Assembly (NCBI RefSeq): GCF_001194135.2
Contig: NC_068983.1
Location: forward strand, 124,016,709-124,080,708
Origin: Octopus bimaculoides
Taxonomy: Eukaryota
Direction of reading: 5' to 3'
Length of the DNA stretch: 64,000 bases
How positions within the stretch are numbered: the first letter of the stretch is position 1; each line of letters begins with the position of its first letter. Below, one piece after another: positions 1-14,961 of the stretch. The notes beneath the pieces were generated by a model that was not told the origin of the DNA, did not search any database, and was given only the letters and a program-made list of their open reading frames with translations. The position numbers and the translations under genes are program-made.

Positions 1-163
1 TGGCCATATTTAGCCCCTCACACCTAACCTACACTGACATTCTAAAAATAAACAAAAACACCATCAAAATCTCAAAGCCATAAAATAATGCATGATTAAT
101 TCAAAACAATTTGAATAAAAAAGCATTATAATAAACAGAGTAATCTGAATGCTAAAGGGTTAA
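1..163. mobile_element. Right end of a probable piggyBac-type MITE cut by the window edge
   Basis: Ends …TGCTAAAGGG-TTAA (154-163); the other end is not in the window. Confidence 0.45.
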
Positions 164-2976
164 GAGGATAAGTGATAAAACTTCCTGATAACAATCTATT
201 AACCATGTTTTTTTCTTGGTTTTGTGGAGGTGAGGGGAGCTGACAGATGAACTGAGAAGCATAGAAATACATTTATGGAATACCATATCCACTTAACCAT
301 TATGCTTCCACAAAGTTTTTACTAAGTCTCAGGTAATAATAAAACTGAAAAAAAGTAATAAATCCAACAAGTCAAAAATTATATCATTTTTTTTAGTAAG
401 TTTATAGTATATTTCCCATTCAGTTAAAAAATAGATGAGTGTTTTGCCTTTTTTTGAATTTAGGTAATTCACCTGTTAACAAAATCACCTATAGCTTTTA
501 ATGATATTGATTAGTTAAAAAGTCCCTCCTCGAGTTATAATTCATTCTCATCCTTCATCAACATATCTTAACAGCTAACACCAGTGGAAAAGTTGTAAAA
601 TATAAATAAAACAATAACATACAGATAAAGTAAAATTATAAAAAGCAAAGCAACAATAGGTATCAGACTAAAATTAAAATTAGAACTATGTTAAAGAGGT
701 GGAGGGATCAATTTTTAATAATATATTTTATAAAATAAAGCATACATTGCAGCTATGTGTAACCTAGTAAAAAGAATATATAATCAATGTTTCAGTTAAA
801 TATTTTGCAAGGCTTCCTCTTCCAAGAAGTTTTCTTTGAATTCCCTAGATTTTTAATTGTCCAATTTTGTGGACAATGATTAAATCTTTAAAAACTTTTC
901 TATCACCACCACCCACCTTACCCAATGACTTCCTTCAAGAATTAATCAGTGCATAGTAGTGACTTTGGTGAAAAAAACTAATTAATGGTAACTTGAAATG
1001 TTATGCTTTTCTGCAGAATGCATTTTACCCAAGAATAATGGGAAAAAAATTTAAGTAGATAAATTATCAACTCTATGAACAGATTCTAAGATTTCAAGGA
1101 CTGATTTAGCAGCTTAAACAGCAGAAAACAGTTATATTCAAAATGATAAACATTTAATTCATACTAATATATTATTCCTTAAACTGCTATAGTTAAGTTC
1201 AAACTAATAGCATTTGGTCAATAATGAGCAATTATATCACAGTATAACATTTTCTAATGTTTTAAATGCTGTTTGTCCATGCTAAGTAAATTAATAAAAA
1301 TATTTTAATGAGCATTAATTCCTGAATGTTATTATTTTGACAAAAGGAGTGGAAAACTAATTCATTCCACTTGAAATATGGTCAAACAATTTTAATAGAA
1401 TTCAATATGCATATTTCTATATAAAAATGATATACTGTTATGAAGACGGTGTTACATATGGGCATGCATGTGTATATGTGTGCGGAAATGTGTAGATATA
1501 TAAATATATATATTCACATATACATGAGACAATGTACAATTTTTTTTTTAATTTTTAAATAATAAATTTAGAAAAGAGCTTAATGTGCCACGACAAAAAC
1601 ATGTATTAATGAAAGCTTTCATTTCAGTGACTAATAGCAGTGACTTAGTTCATTTGAACTTCACAGCATTCTTATGTCTACATTTAATATAAGGAGAAAG
1701 GAGAGTGCTCATGCATTTCCAGACCCTCCTGGATAGTGAAGAAAAGAGAAAACTTGTGTGAATGAATGAGAAAGACATTGTGATTATATCAACAGTTCTC
1801 ACATCACACTAATGCAATATTGCTATTATAAAAGATTTCATTAAATTTCACATCATTTACCAACAAACTTGAAAAATCATGGGTTTTTTTTTAAATTTAT
1901 GTTTACTATTCATATTTATTTATATCTATTTCTTTAAACTAAAACAATTTTATTTGATAATTAACTATTTGTATCTTTTATGAGTATCACCAGATCATAA
2001 AACAATTTTGATGTTTTTACTATACATGCGATTATTTTTATTATGTAACTGGTTAAGATTTTCAATACATTTTAAGAAATTTTCAACAAATTATTACTAT
2101 GGCTTCAAAGTTGCATTTCTGCTAACTTTGAACTATTAATGCAGTAAATTGTTTTTCAGTAAAATCAATTAAAATGATAATTTAACAATGAGAGCTTATA
2201 ATAATCTAGGTACCATTCAGCACTAACAACACATTTTTATCTACCATAACAGTCTCAATATCCACAATTACAACTTCCCCATAAAATCACTGTTCTGATT
2301 ATTTTCAATCATTTTATCAACCAAATTTACATACTATATACAACAGTTCACACCCAACATTTTTTTTTTATTACAATTCTGATACCTTATAATCTACCTT
2401 TCATACAGAGATAAAAATTAATATCCCCAATGCTGGTAATGTAATGCTATTTCTGATTTCAATAGGTATTATTTTACTAAAATACAAGTAACTTTAGTGC
2501 TTAACTATTTTCATGGTTGATCTGTTTGAAATCTCTCTTCACCTTTTCTGTACCCATAAGTTTTCATTCTCCAAGCAATTATATTTTGTAATTCAAGGTT
2601 TCCGTTTTTTTATATTTATGTTGTTATTTAGGTCCAGGTAAGCACAGATTGAGCAGATTTCTGATCAAAAGCATTTCAGCCATAACCACTCCATCTTTTT
2701 TGCATGTAAAATGGTTGTCTAAAATGTATTTTGTAATTTTTTTTCTTTTTGGGTGGAAATTTTAAGGTAAGTTTGGCTACTTTTCCTAGCGGGTCAAAAA
2801 CCACTTAAAGAGGATCCTTTTCTATTTTCATAGAAGCCAACTGTATCACTGGTAAATACTGAATGAATTTTAATGAAATGTCACTTGTCATTAAATACTG
2901 TCTGCATCAAACATTAAGAATTAATATAAATTAACACATCAGACAGTAAAAAACCTTGCTAGCATATTATTTAGAT

Positions 2977-3102
2977 GGTCGACTTCACCTTTCATCCTTC
3001 CAGGGTTAATAGAAGAAGTACTAGTTGAACACTGGGATCAATGTAATCAACTTACCCACCTACCCCCAAACTAGCTGACCTTGTGCCAAAATTTGAAACC
3101 AA
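2977..3102 (+). mobile_element. SINE family 1, 3' half
   Basis: ggtcgacttcacctttcatcc…ccttgtgccaaaatttgaaacca. Confidence 0.7.
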
Positions 3103-4981
3103 TATTATTTACAATTTCCATAGTGAAATGAATCACTCATTAATTAGATAGAATTCAGAAAGGGTAAAGTTAACTTAAGACATCTTACACCAAAGCATTG
3201 AATATTTTATACAGAAACATTTATTTGTTGAATAAAATTTTGTCCTGCTCTAGATTTTAGAAGGAGAATCTGTTATCATGCGTTAATAACAGATTTTGTT
3301 ATCACACATTGATAACATACTTATTATTTAATGAAGGTAGAAAATGTTATTTGCCGCTACCACCTATATCTACACCTACGTTGGCTTTGCTCAGGCAAGT
3401 ACTAGTAGCTTTCATGTATGCCACAGCCTGCTCCTAATACTAACTGTCAATTAGTCTACTAAACTTAAATGGAAGACCATGTGTTGCATCAAGTCTGTCT
3501 AACAAAACAGAATCCCAAAAAGTTTGGAAATCATGGTCATTTGAATATGTGCTCACATTACCTAATATTTTAACTGTCATATAGTTCCACAACAAAACTA
3601 GATGCTTTTTACAAAACACACACATACACATACACACAAGGATTTTGGTTCAAGAATGTCTTGAAACAGTATCTTAAAAGTATTTTTCCATGGTGGTATG
3701 GCTTGTATTATATACATTACACATTACAAGTGTGCTTTATAGCTATATCTTCAAAGTACCAGCCACTTTATTACTGGATTGGTGTATATGAGATTTTTAC
3801 CAAGTACACTGAGGTAAAGTGTGTCAAATATAACAACCTATAACTTTTAATGCAATAATCAATCACATTAAGTCAGCATTTCTTTTTAGCTATGAATATA
3901 TATTGAGATAATTTTATTTTAAGCTTTAGAATAATGTTTATGGACATAATTAGAGAATATAAGAGCAATTGTTATTTCTTCTAAATTAAGCAATATACAG
4001 AATCAACAAAAGTAGAAACCAAAATGCAGAAAGGTTAAAACTTAATTACTTCAAAGAATAAATACTCTTATACGAAAAGAAGTGTTTTTTAAATGTGCTG
4101 ATGCCTAATGATTTTTAACATTGATACAAGGCCACATTTTGAAGTGGGTTGATTTCATTGACCCCAGTACTTCACTGATGCTTATTCTAATTCACCTAGA
4201 AAAATGCAAGGCAAGAAATCAACCCTGACAAGATTTCAACATAAAGCAACATAACTAAATACCACAAAGCATATTGTCAAGCACTCTACCAATCTACCAT
4301 CCTTACTATTATCTAATATTAGCATATATATTGTTTTGTTTTTTTAAAGTCAGCAATAAAAACAAATAAAATTTTTAATGTCTTAACAGAATGTGTGTGT
4401 GTGAGAGAGGCAGGGGAGACAGAGGAGAGAGGGGTGAGAGAGGGAGAGAGAAAGAGAGAACATGTACACATACAGACACACAAAAATTAACTTTGCCATG
4501 TTTAACCACTCTCATCATGTTTGCCAGGCATAAATTCTACATATTTTATTCACAATGTTCAACAAATTATCAAAAGCAATTTTAAAATTAAAGACCCACA
4601 CAAACAATAATTTGCCTAATCTTTTGCTATAAAAATGGAGATAAAAAATATAACATCTTTTAAGCAGTTAGGAACTATATCTATTGATGTGGTCTCAAGG
4701 CTCTTTTTTAAAAAAGATATAGCCTGAAATGAGATTATAATGAGCAACTGACAACACAACTGCTAAGGAAGAGACCAAACAATATTTTAAAACTGTTAGT
4801 AAATAAACAGCTACAGACATATTTCACTTGAGTATGATCTCTTTATAACTTGCATTGAAAAATTATCAATTAAGCAATGTATAATGTATATAATTCTATA
4901 ATTAAAATTTCATAGCAGAAGATTTACATGGAAAAGATTTCAAGATAAAGTTTTTCTATAATATTTTTTTGTTTTTAATGT

Positions 4982-5333
4982 ATACTGTTTATATTAGTCA
5001 GATTGGTGTCCTCATCTTGATTGTTGATTTCACATTTCAGATGTATGCTCCAGCCTTCTTCAGGTATCTTGTTTTGAACTAGGGTGTTATATCAGAATTT
5101 CAAACCTGACCCTTTATTTGATTCATAGGAGGACACTGTTCTCATTCCCATGGATCGAATAAACAGTTAGGTTCAAAATCCCAATATAACAACCAAGTTC
5201 AACACAAGATACCTGAAAGAGACTGGATTGTACAACAGCCAAAACAGTGATATCAACCATCAAGATTAGGACACCAGTCTGACTAATATAAACAGTATGC
5301 ATAATATAAATTCCTCATCTCACAAATATAGAA
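4982..5333. mobile_element. Fold-back element C, older related subfamily with degenerate hammerhead cores
   Basis: Inverted arms (atactgtttatattagtcaga… / …tctgactaatataaacagtat); CTGAAGA-aggctg on the minus arm; 3' tail ttcctcatctcacaaatatagaa resembles the A/B tail. Confidence 0.65.
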
Positions 5334-5789
5334 TAGTAATTTGTTTTTTCCCCAATCAAATTGAAAAAAAAATTATCAACCCTTTTGTAAGTCAATGATA
5401 AATTAAAAAACTACAAAATACAGAGTACAAATTCAAACACTGAATAATAAATACCATGATTTTATAATCTATATGACAGAACTATTGTATTACAGTCTGA
5501 GGACAGATAATAAGTGCTGGTCCAATGTTGCAAGACAAGCAATCACAATAAAAATCTAAAAAGATTGCAATATCAGCAAATACACCAATTCTGAAACAGT
5601 GAATCCTACATATACAGATATTAGCTACATATAGCTTTTGGACATGCACACTTTTTAACTATAGAATGAAATAAGAAACCACATAAAGGATAACACATCA
5701 AGCAGCAACTTGTGCACAATATGTAAACAACAAAAACTGCAATATATATATAGGACAAGATTAGCAAGGGGAGTGATTCTGTTGAGAAA

Positions 5790-5990
5790 TAGGTTCTAAT
5801 AGCGGCACAAGTGTTAACGGTCTAGAGAATAACACCATAGCGATGGATTGACAACCTGAAACGGTGGACAGGACTTGCTGAAGGAATGCTGGCCCACCAA
5901 GCTCAGAACCAAACTTGGAGAAAACTTGCAGACCAGGCAGTTGTCTTCGACCCACTTCACGAAGTGGGTCACACATAATGAGGCAGCCCA
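5790..5990 (+). mobile_element. RTE LINE C-terminal fragment
   Basis: RWIDNLKRWTGLAEGMLAHQAQNQTWRKLA…GHT*, typical RTE ORF end. Confidence 0.65.
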
Positions 5991-8900
5991 CTGTTAAAAT
6001 AATGATATACAAATGAGCAGCTGGGTGAAAACTGACTTTTATAGTCAACAAATTGCTTTCATTTAATCCAATAGCAAATATAGATGCTCAGGACACTGTA
6101 AAGTATGCAAAGATCCTTCATGAAACTTAGATTACCTAATTTTTAAAATTTGTTTAGCTTCAAATTTGTTAATGCTACATTGAAATACAGGTTGATTTAA
6201 AATATCTAATATTTGGTTAATTACTTCCTTTTTCTTACCCCCAGCCATCATTAACCAATAGAAATATTTGGACACGCAAATAGATCATTGATAAACTGTA
6301 ATTAAAACACCTAATATAGCACTACAAATATAAGAAAGGAAAAAAACTAAAAGATTTTTCAGTTTTACATGGAATTTTCATTTACATATTAAAAATTGTA
6401 CGAATTGTACGAAATAAAGATCTATTTTTCTTAATTTTCTTAATTTTATAAGATATTTAAGAAGTTTATAGCTATTTAAGTTTAAAATTTTATTATTTAA
6501 CATTAGAAACTGTAAAAATCTGTTAATATTGTACATATGAATATAGTGCCTAATTATACATGAGAAATAATAAAATGTCTGTATAGCTTCATATAAAAGG
6601 ATTAGCCTGGGGAAACCCCTCCCCACCTTACTTTAAACAAATGCATTTTAATATCAATATAATACACATCCCTGCTAAAAAGATGTCTCAATTATATACA
6701 TTTCAAAATATTTATACAAATTACTTCTAAAACAAAGTCAGTCATACTAGCTCTCATATATAGTTAAGTTTATAAAATTACTAAAATACAACATAATTAA
6801 ATTTCAAACTGAAATTTTCTTGAAAAAAAAAAAAAAAATCTGTGATATTTAATAAGAAATATTAATTAACAAATATCTTATTAACTAGAACAATCATAGC
6901 ATCAAAATTAGTTTTGACATGAGCTTTTGCACCTAATAATGACAGCTGATATTAATTGCATACCATCACATTAGAAAACAAAATTCAAAATCCAAGCATG
7001 CATTAAAATCTAAATAATTTAACAAGAAATATAATATTTAATAATTATTTTGCAAGATAATTTTTTGGTAAATAATTCAAAGATAGGAATGATGCTTGAT
7101 TTATCAGAAATGTTCCATAAAATGTGTTCATTAGAATTTGTTTCCAAGTTGTATTTTTTCCCAATAGTTATTATTTGACAAATTCATTAACAATTCCATC
7201 CAAATTTATTTACAAATTATAAATAAAATTTCAATCTATAGCAAAAAACATTAAATATTTAAGTAAAAGGGAGATAGTAATATCAGCTTCAACTCTAGCC
7301 TATAACTGCTGTTATTTTATCAACCCCAGAGAAAAGAAAGGCAAAGCTGACCCTGACTTCAAACCAAAAGAGATTGACTATGTACTGAACTGCAATATAA
7401 TCTATTTCAACAAGCTAAAATATCTGAAAGTGCTAACATATAGTAAAAACCATTGTTAAAGAATCAATATAAAAACAAAAAGTTGAAAAGTTTTTGGTCG
7501 AAATATTTGAAAAAATTTAGAGAAAAATGGATGCTGTCAGAAACAATTTTAACATTTTAAAGCTGTTTTTCAAGGTAGAATAAATTCTCTTCCTGACACC
7601 CTTCTAATATTTTTCTGCTCTCTACTAAAATGATTATTACCAATTCAGATCACTACTACTCTCTTCAAATTCTTGCATTCTTCAAGAAACAAAACTACAA
7701 AATTGTTAAATATTTTAGTAGAAATTTGAATATCAAGCAAAACCTACTGTGTTAGGTTTCAAATATCTATAAGTTGTTAAAAGTATGTGTATATTAAATG
7801 ATACATGTATAAAAAATTCAGACTAGTATAATATTTCAAGTCAATTAAAATTGTAAAAGATAAATTACTTCTTTAACTATTTTGAAGCAGCTTTATTAAA
7901 GTGTTCAAAACTGATGATGTGCTAAAATATGCGATGTTAGTTCCCATTAACTCAAACTATAAATACTGATCCATTGTAAAATCATAGACCAACAAAATAT
8001 TCTTATAAAACAAATTGTTTGTATGTCAGATGTTCATGATTCACGGGGAACTTTGGTTCCAACAGTAACAAGAAACGAGGTAAATTACAATTCAGTACTG
8101 TAACTCAACAACTGTAATAGTCACCAAGGTAACTTTGAAATATATATTATTATTTAGAAAGTCCTATATTACAAAGAATGACTATGATGAAATTTTTAGT
8201 TATCTCAATTGAATATACTATTATTATGTGTTAATTTAAGATGCACCTTAAAAATTCATCAAATTCCATTAGAGCTTTCAATTCCACTCAAAAACCTGCA
8301 GTTTTCTATCAGGTTATTAGTCATTTAAATTAACAAAGTTTAAGAAAAGCCTCTTAAAAAATAAGATTTTAAAGTTAAGACATCCTACTTTTTTCATATA
8401 GTAAACTTTAAACTAAAACATTAAAGAGAAAAAAATTGAAAATAAACTGTACAACGTCACCTTTAAAACAAGATAAACTGAACACCATCTTTACAAAGCA
8501 TTAAACAAAAATTCCTAAATGAGTGCTTTGTTTTATTTAAAATATAGCCCAAGAATATTAATTAATACTGAAGTGTGTCATATCTTGTCATATCATGGTG
8601 AGTTGTGTTGCACTAGGCATCTTGACGTCTGAGTGTTACAATGTTTGCTTATTTCAGGAGCCCTATGCAATAGATTAGGCCAAACTTGTTTGAGATCTTA
8701 ATCATTAACTCACAGGCCAAGCTAATGGGCACACTGTTTGTATGCTATAAAAGTTTAAATTGTCATTCTAAGATGCCTTCTGAATGTCTATATTAAACTA
8801 GGGAAAGTGCTAAATATATTCAAATTACATATTTAGCTTCCCTCGAAACATGAAATACTGCAAGCAAGCTCTTTCTATGAAAGTTCAACTAGAAAGAGTG

Positions 8901-9010
8901 AAAATATTCCCTTTTACTATAGAACACCAGAAAGGAAAGAAGCCCATAGTTCTGAGGCTCCAAGAAAGCTTACGTAACCATTGCTGTTAAAAATTAAACA
9001 AAACTAATAC

Positions 9011-9112
9011 CTGAAGAAGTTCCTAAATCATCACCAATAATTTTGAGGAAGTCATTCTGAAGTTCACTGGATAGTAAATCAGCAGGTAAAAGTTCTTTTA
9101 AATCACCCTCAT
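9011..9112 (-). CDS. KMT2C: Exon 28 ([34 protein letters not shown])
   Basis: AG/GT; 102 nt, phase 1 to 1, open frame; poorly conserved region. Confidence 0.78.
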
Positions 9113-12100
9113 CTGTGAAGAATAAATTATTAATTTCTAAGAAAGATATATATATAAAGTTTCATCTTTTAAACTGTTTTCCTGTAAGAGTTGTATTTAT
9201 CGCTGGTCATTCGAATGTATTAAATGAGCCTGAAAATCTTAATAATAAAATTTAGTTTTTATTTATTAGATACAATCATCATGCGTTTGTTCAGTCAGTT
9301 CCCAAATTTTATGTATATAATTTTATGTATATAATTGTTTGCTCTTTTAACAACTTAGGAATAAAAACCTGTTTGACAAAGGTAGTTTCAAATAAATACT
9401 GTAGCAAATCTAAATTGGAAAATAAACAAGATTCTATGATTCCTAAGCTAATAGAAGCAAACAAGTGATCTGAAAAAAAGTGCAACATATAAGCCCAAAT
9501 ATGCAAAAAGGTTATATCTTTTTTTGGTGAAACAAATGGCCTATATATGCACACATAAACATATATTTTCCCCTTAGCATAAAAATTAAATTTTCTGTGG
9601 AATTAATAATTTCTTGAAATTATTTTTCTCTTTCCCTTGAGATTTCCCAAAACTTGCAACCATGTTTTAGCTTTCTGACTCCAGTTTTAAGGCAGTTTTC
9701 ATACCATTCAAATTATTTTACATTAATCATTTAAAACATCAACACATGAGGGCACGTCATTACAGTTGCATAGGCAAGAACAATCGCAATTCTCCAGTTA
9801 CCCACAAGGCTGCATCTTCCACTGTTGATACCCTTAAGAACTGCTGTCAATGCTAAGAGGTTGAGCCATAGACATCTTGGAAAATAAAGGACAAACAAGA
9901 ATCTATTGAAATAATACATGGCCTACAAATTATCATCTGTTAATGCAAAGGATGTTCTAACTATAAATCAGTGTTCCACAACATTAAAAAAAAAAAAAAA
10001 AAAAAAAAACAGATTATTTTAACCAAAACAGAAGCTAATTACATTGGACCTTGGCACATCAATTATATTTCTGTTCAATGATAACACAATGCCTTTTTTA
10101 TATTTCACTCCAATAATGATTTCACTGAAAATGTGTCTCAAATTGCACCAGGTTTAAACATTTTATTTCTAAGAAAAATCACAACCCCTCTAAACATTCA
10201 GTGCTTCCTATACTACCTCCTAGACAATTGTAACCAAACTGTTAGCTCACAACACCCCCTCCCCTCTAAATCAATACCTGCTGTTATAAATAAATTTCAT
10301 GACTTCAATTCTGGTATTGTTAGATCCTCAATTAATAATCAGAACAATTTCCTTGATAAACAAATAATGTTTTTCAATGTGTCAAAGGTATATGCTGCCT
10401 CTCTAGATCAATTATGTTCATGCAGTCTGAATCTTGAACAGTTAGGGTAAATTTGTAACATCTAGCTCCACAAAGAAAATAAACAATCTAGGGTTTAATA
10501 TGGATTTTAGGATATATTTGGGCACTTCATTGTTAATATGCATGACAGAAATAGTAGACTACTCAACTAAATGCCCTTTACTTTCTGAATTAAAAACCTG
10601 CTGCTATTGACTTTAATTTCATCCTTTTGAAAGTCAATTTTGTAGCCTGTGACAAAGTTGGAAATTTCTACTGTCAGACAAGTTAGTTAGGAAATAATAA
10701 AATTCTTTCACATTTCACTAAAATCAACTTTGCCTTTTATTCTAATGAGATCAATAAAATAAAATACTTGTCAAGTACATTAGACTTGACAAACCCCATC
10801 CCTTCCTTAAAACTTAGTTCTGTGCTAAAATTAGAAACCATTACTCATATTACTGATGACAGTAGTTGTAATGTCTTCATACTGTATATAGTGGTATGAA
10901 CTTAGGGGATTTGTGAAGGTTGAAAAGAAATGAAGCAAGCATGCTCTGTTGGGTGTGTAATGTTAGTATGCATGAACAATAGAACTCAAATAACTTAAGA
11001 TAGAAACTGGCTATAAAAAACTCAGATGTAGTTTCAAGAGTGAAGACATTGATATAGCCTGAAATATTTATGAAGGAAGACAACTGTACAAAGAGGTGTC
11101 AAGTGTTCAATGTAGATAGAGTTTGTAATAGAGAGGCTAAGGAAAACATGGAAAAGAGTAGTGAAGACTGCTCTCAAGTGGCTGAACATCATGAAAGAAA
11201 TGACAATTTATAATGAAGTACTCTGCAAGAGACAACCTACCCAAGCCATGCAAGCATTAAAAACATTTATAGAAGCAATGACGGGATGAAGACTGGAAAG
11301 TATAAAAGCTATATTTGGATATCTTCAACTCCCATAATCTGCCTCCACCTCTTTGTTACTATCTTATCACTCACTCCACCTCTCCAGTCATTGCATTTCA
11401 CTAATATCATTGTACCTCTCTCCCATCATGGCATTTACATTATGAGGAACATTATGTTGAATTTGTCTATATTCCATTTCAACTGCTCTATGACTATTTC
11501 TCTATCATTCATCAACAAATCTATTGAGTGCACTGCAAGCATTTTATTATGGAACTGACACAAACTTGTAGACTTGTACAAAGAGAGGTTGGTAGAGTGT
11601 ATCGGGTAGACAAATGTGATGCAAGCCAGTATATATAATGACCAAGAAAGAGAAAGTAGGGACTGAATATAGATAGATCCAATACTATCATTTGTTGGAG
11701 GGGGCTAGGTAGAATAGTAGAAAGGAGACATGAAAGTGTTAGACAAGTCCAACATCATCCCTAATTATAAAAAAAAAAATAGTACAGTGAAGAAAAGAGA
11801 ATGTGAGTGATAGGTACATGAATAATAAAGAAATGAGAGGCTATCACACAGGCAGTGGAGGCAGCACCCACACACACTATATGTATATATGTTGTGTCCT
11901 TGAGCAAGTAACTTTATTTCACGTTGCTGCAGCCAACTTACTTGGCAAAAATGAGGAGTATCTTTATTTCAAACGGCGAGTCTTAATACATTCTCTCGGA
12001 GACTGAATCACCCTGAGAAATATATTAATGGTATACCTGTCTGTGGAGTGCCCAGGAATTTCCACATTAATTTCACAACCATGCTGTTCTATTGATCAGA

Positions 12101-12119
12101 TCAAATGGATGATGTCTGT

Positions 12120-12197
<78 letters not shown>

Positions 12198-12237
12198 CAC
12201 ATACATACATACATACATACATATACACATACATACA

Positions 12238-12269
<32 letters not shown>

Positions 12270-12273
12270 CACA

Positions 12274-12309
<36 letters not shown>

Positions 12310-14919
12310 TATGTTGTTGTTGTTGGCACTCCATCGCTTACGACGTCGAGGGTTCCAGCTGGATGAAATATACAAGTGGGCTGAAAAGAATAACATGCAG
12401 TTTAATGCTGAAAAGTTTCAAGCCTTGTGCTATCAGCATGCAAAACTAAATTAAATACAATGGACCTGGAGGGACTGCAACCCCAGAGGCACAGTCAGTG
12501 CGAGACCTGGGTATTTACATGAGTAATAATGCATCCTTTCATGTTCATGTTGCTAAATTGTCAATGAAACGCAGGCGACTGACCGGATGGATTCTTAGGA
12601 CTTTTAGAACAAGAGATCAGGAAACCATGATGGTCCTCTGGAGGACACTTGTTCGACCGCACAACCGCCCTCTCTCCTTTCCCACACCAATCCCCTAACC
12701 GCACCCCTTCTCNNNNNNNNNNNNNNNNNNNNNNNNNNNNNNNNNNNNNNNNNNNNNNNNNNNNNNNNNNNNNNNNNNNNNNNNNNNNNNNNNNNNNNNN
12801 NNNNNNNNNNNNNNNNNNNNNNNNNNNNNNNNNNNNNNNNNNNNNNNNNNNNNNNNNNNNNNNNNNNNNNNNNNNNNNNNNNNNNNNNNNNNNNNNNNNN
12901 NNNNNNNNNNNNNNNNNNNNNNNNNNNNNNNNNNNNNNNNNNNNNNNNNNNNNNNNNNNNNNNNNNNNNNNNNNNNNNNNNNNNNNNNNNNNNNNNNNNN
13001 NNNNNNNNNNNNNNNNNNNNNNNNNNNNNNNNNNNNNNNNNNNNNNNNNNNNNNNNNNNNNNNNNNNNNNNNNNNNNNNNNNNNNNNNNNNNNNNNNNNN
13101 NNNNNNNNNNNNNNNNNNNNNNNNNNNNNNNNNNNNNNNNNNNNNNNNNNNNNNNNNNNNNNNNNNNNNNNNNNNNNNNNNNNNNNNNNNNNNNNNNNNN
13201 NNNNNNNNNNNNNNNNNNNNNNNNNNNNNNNNNNNNNNNNNNNNNNNNNNNNNNNNNNNNNNNNNNNNNNNNNNNNNNNNNNNNNNNNNNNNNNNNNNNN
13301 NNNNNNNNNNNNNNNNNNNNNNNNNNNNNNNNNNNNNNNNNNNNNNNNNNNNNNNNNNNNNNNNNNNNNNNNNNNGACTCCACCTGGAACAGCGCTATAT
13401 TTTCAACTTACGAACAGCTTTCCCCTTCGGACTCAACACAGCCCCTCCTCCTTATGACTGTCTCCTCTACAACGAAGCAACACTTTTTTTCATTTTTTTC
13501 TTTTTTCCTTGTTGTTTTTTTATATTAATCCCCCTTATCCCTTATCCACTTTACTTTATTTCAATTATTCACTATTCTATTACAATTATTCACAATTTAT
13601 TTCATTTCTTCCTATACGTACACATACCCACACACATGAAAAATACACGCACCCGTACACACACATAAACGCACACATACCCCCACACATACACAACACA
13701 TATGCATGCACTTACTCAGATTTATCCACACACATATACAAACGTACATACACGCGCACACACACACACATACACACACACCCATGCATACATAACCCAT
13801 ATATACCCCCATTCACATATAACTCCCACACATCTGACAACCCATACATACCTCCCACACACCTGATGCATACACCTCCCACACACCTGATGCATACACC
13901 TCCCACACACCTGACATATATACCGCCCACACACCTGACAACACGCATGGCAAACATACATGCGTGCTCTCACACACATATAGACGAACGCACACATATA
14001 TACACACATACACACGCACAGTGATGCACACACACCTACTCAAACAACCCTACACACACATCCATATATACGCGCACACATAAACACACATGCCTACACA
14101 CAACTACATGCACATATACACAGCCACATACATATACACACACACACACACAGAAGTGCATACACGCAATAAAACGCACACATACTTGACACATCTCTAC
14201 GCTCACACACATATTCCAACGATGTCTTCATTGGANNNNNNNNNNNNNNNNNNNNNNNNNNNNNNNNNNNNNNNNNNNNNNNNNNNNNNNNNNNNNNNNN
14301 NNNNNNNNNNNNNNNNNNNNNNNNNNNNNNNNNNNNNNNNNNNNNNNNNNNNNNNNNNNNNNNNNNNNNNNNNNNNNNNNNNNNNNNNNNNNNNNNNNNN
14401 NNNNNNNNNNNNNNNNNNNNNNNNNNNNNNNNNNNNNNNNNNNNNNNNNNNNNNNNNNNNNNNNNNNNNNNNNNNNNNNNNNNNNNNNNNNNNNNNNNNN
14501 NNNNNNNNNNNNNNNNNNNNNNNNNNNNNNNNNNNNNNNNNNNNNNNNNNNNNNNNNNNNNNNNNNNNNNNNNNNNNNNNNNNNNNNNNNNNNNNNNNNN
14601 NNNNNNNNNNNNNNNNNNNNNNNNNNNNNNNNNNNNNNNNNNNNNNNNNNNNNNNNNNNNNNNNNNNNNNNNNNNNNNNNNNNNNNNNNNNNNNNNNNNN
14701 NNNNNNNNNNNNNNNNNNNNNNNNNNNNNNNNNNNNNNNNNNNNNNNNNNNNNNNNNNNNNNNNNNNNNNNNNNNNNNNNNNNNNNNNNNNNNNNNNNNN
14801 NNNNNNNNNNNNNNNNNNNNNNNNNNNNNNNNNNNNNNNNNNNNNNNNNNNNNNNNNNNNNNNNNNNNNNNNNNNNNNNNNNNNNNNNNNNNNNNNNNNN
14901 NNNNNNNNNNNNNNNNNNN

Positions 14920-14961
<42 letters not shown>

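Noticed and set aside
1640-1728. Strong minus-strand polypyrimidine acceptor near 1729 as a possible exon 29
   Set aside because: The required phase-1 frame hits TGA after six codons.
8030-8079. Plus-strand exon-like segment (tcag|…gag|gtaaat) suggesting a nested antisense gene
   Set aside because: Single 50-nt candidate with no partner exons or recognisable peptide; expected by chance in 64 kb.
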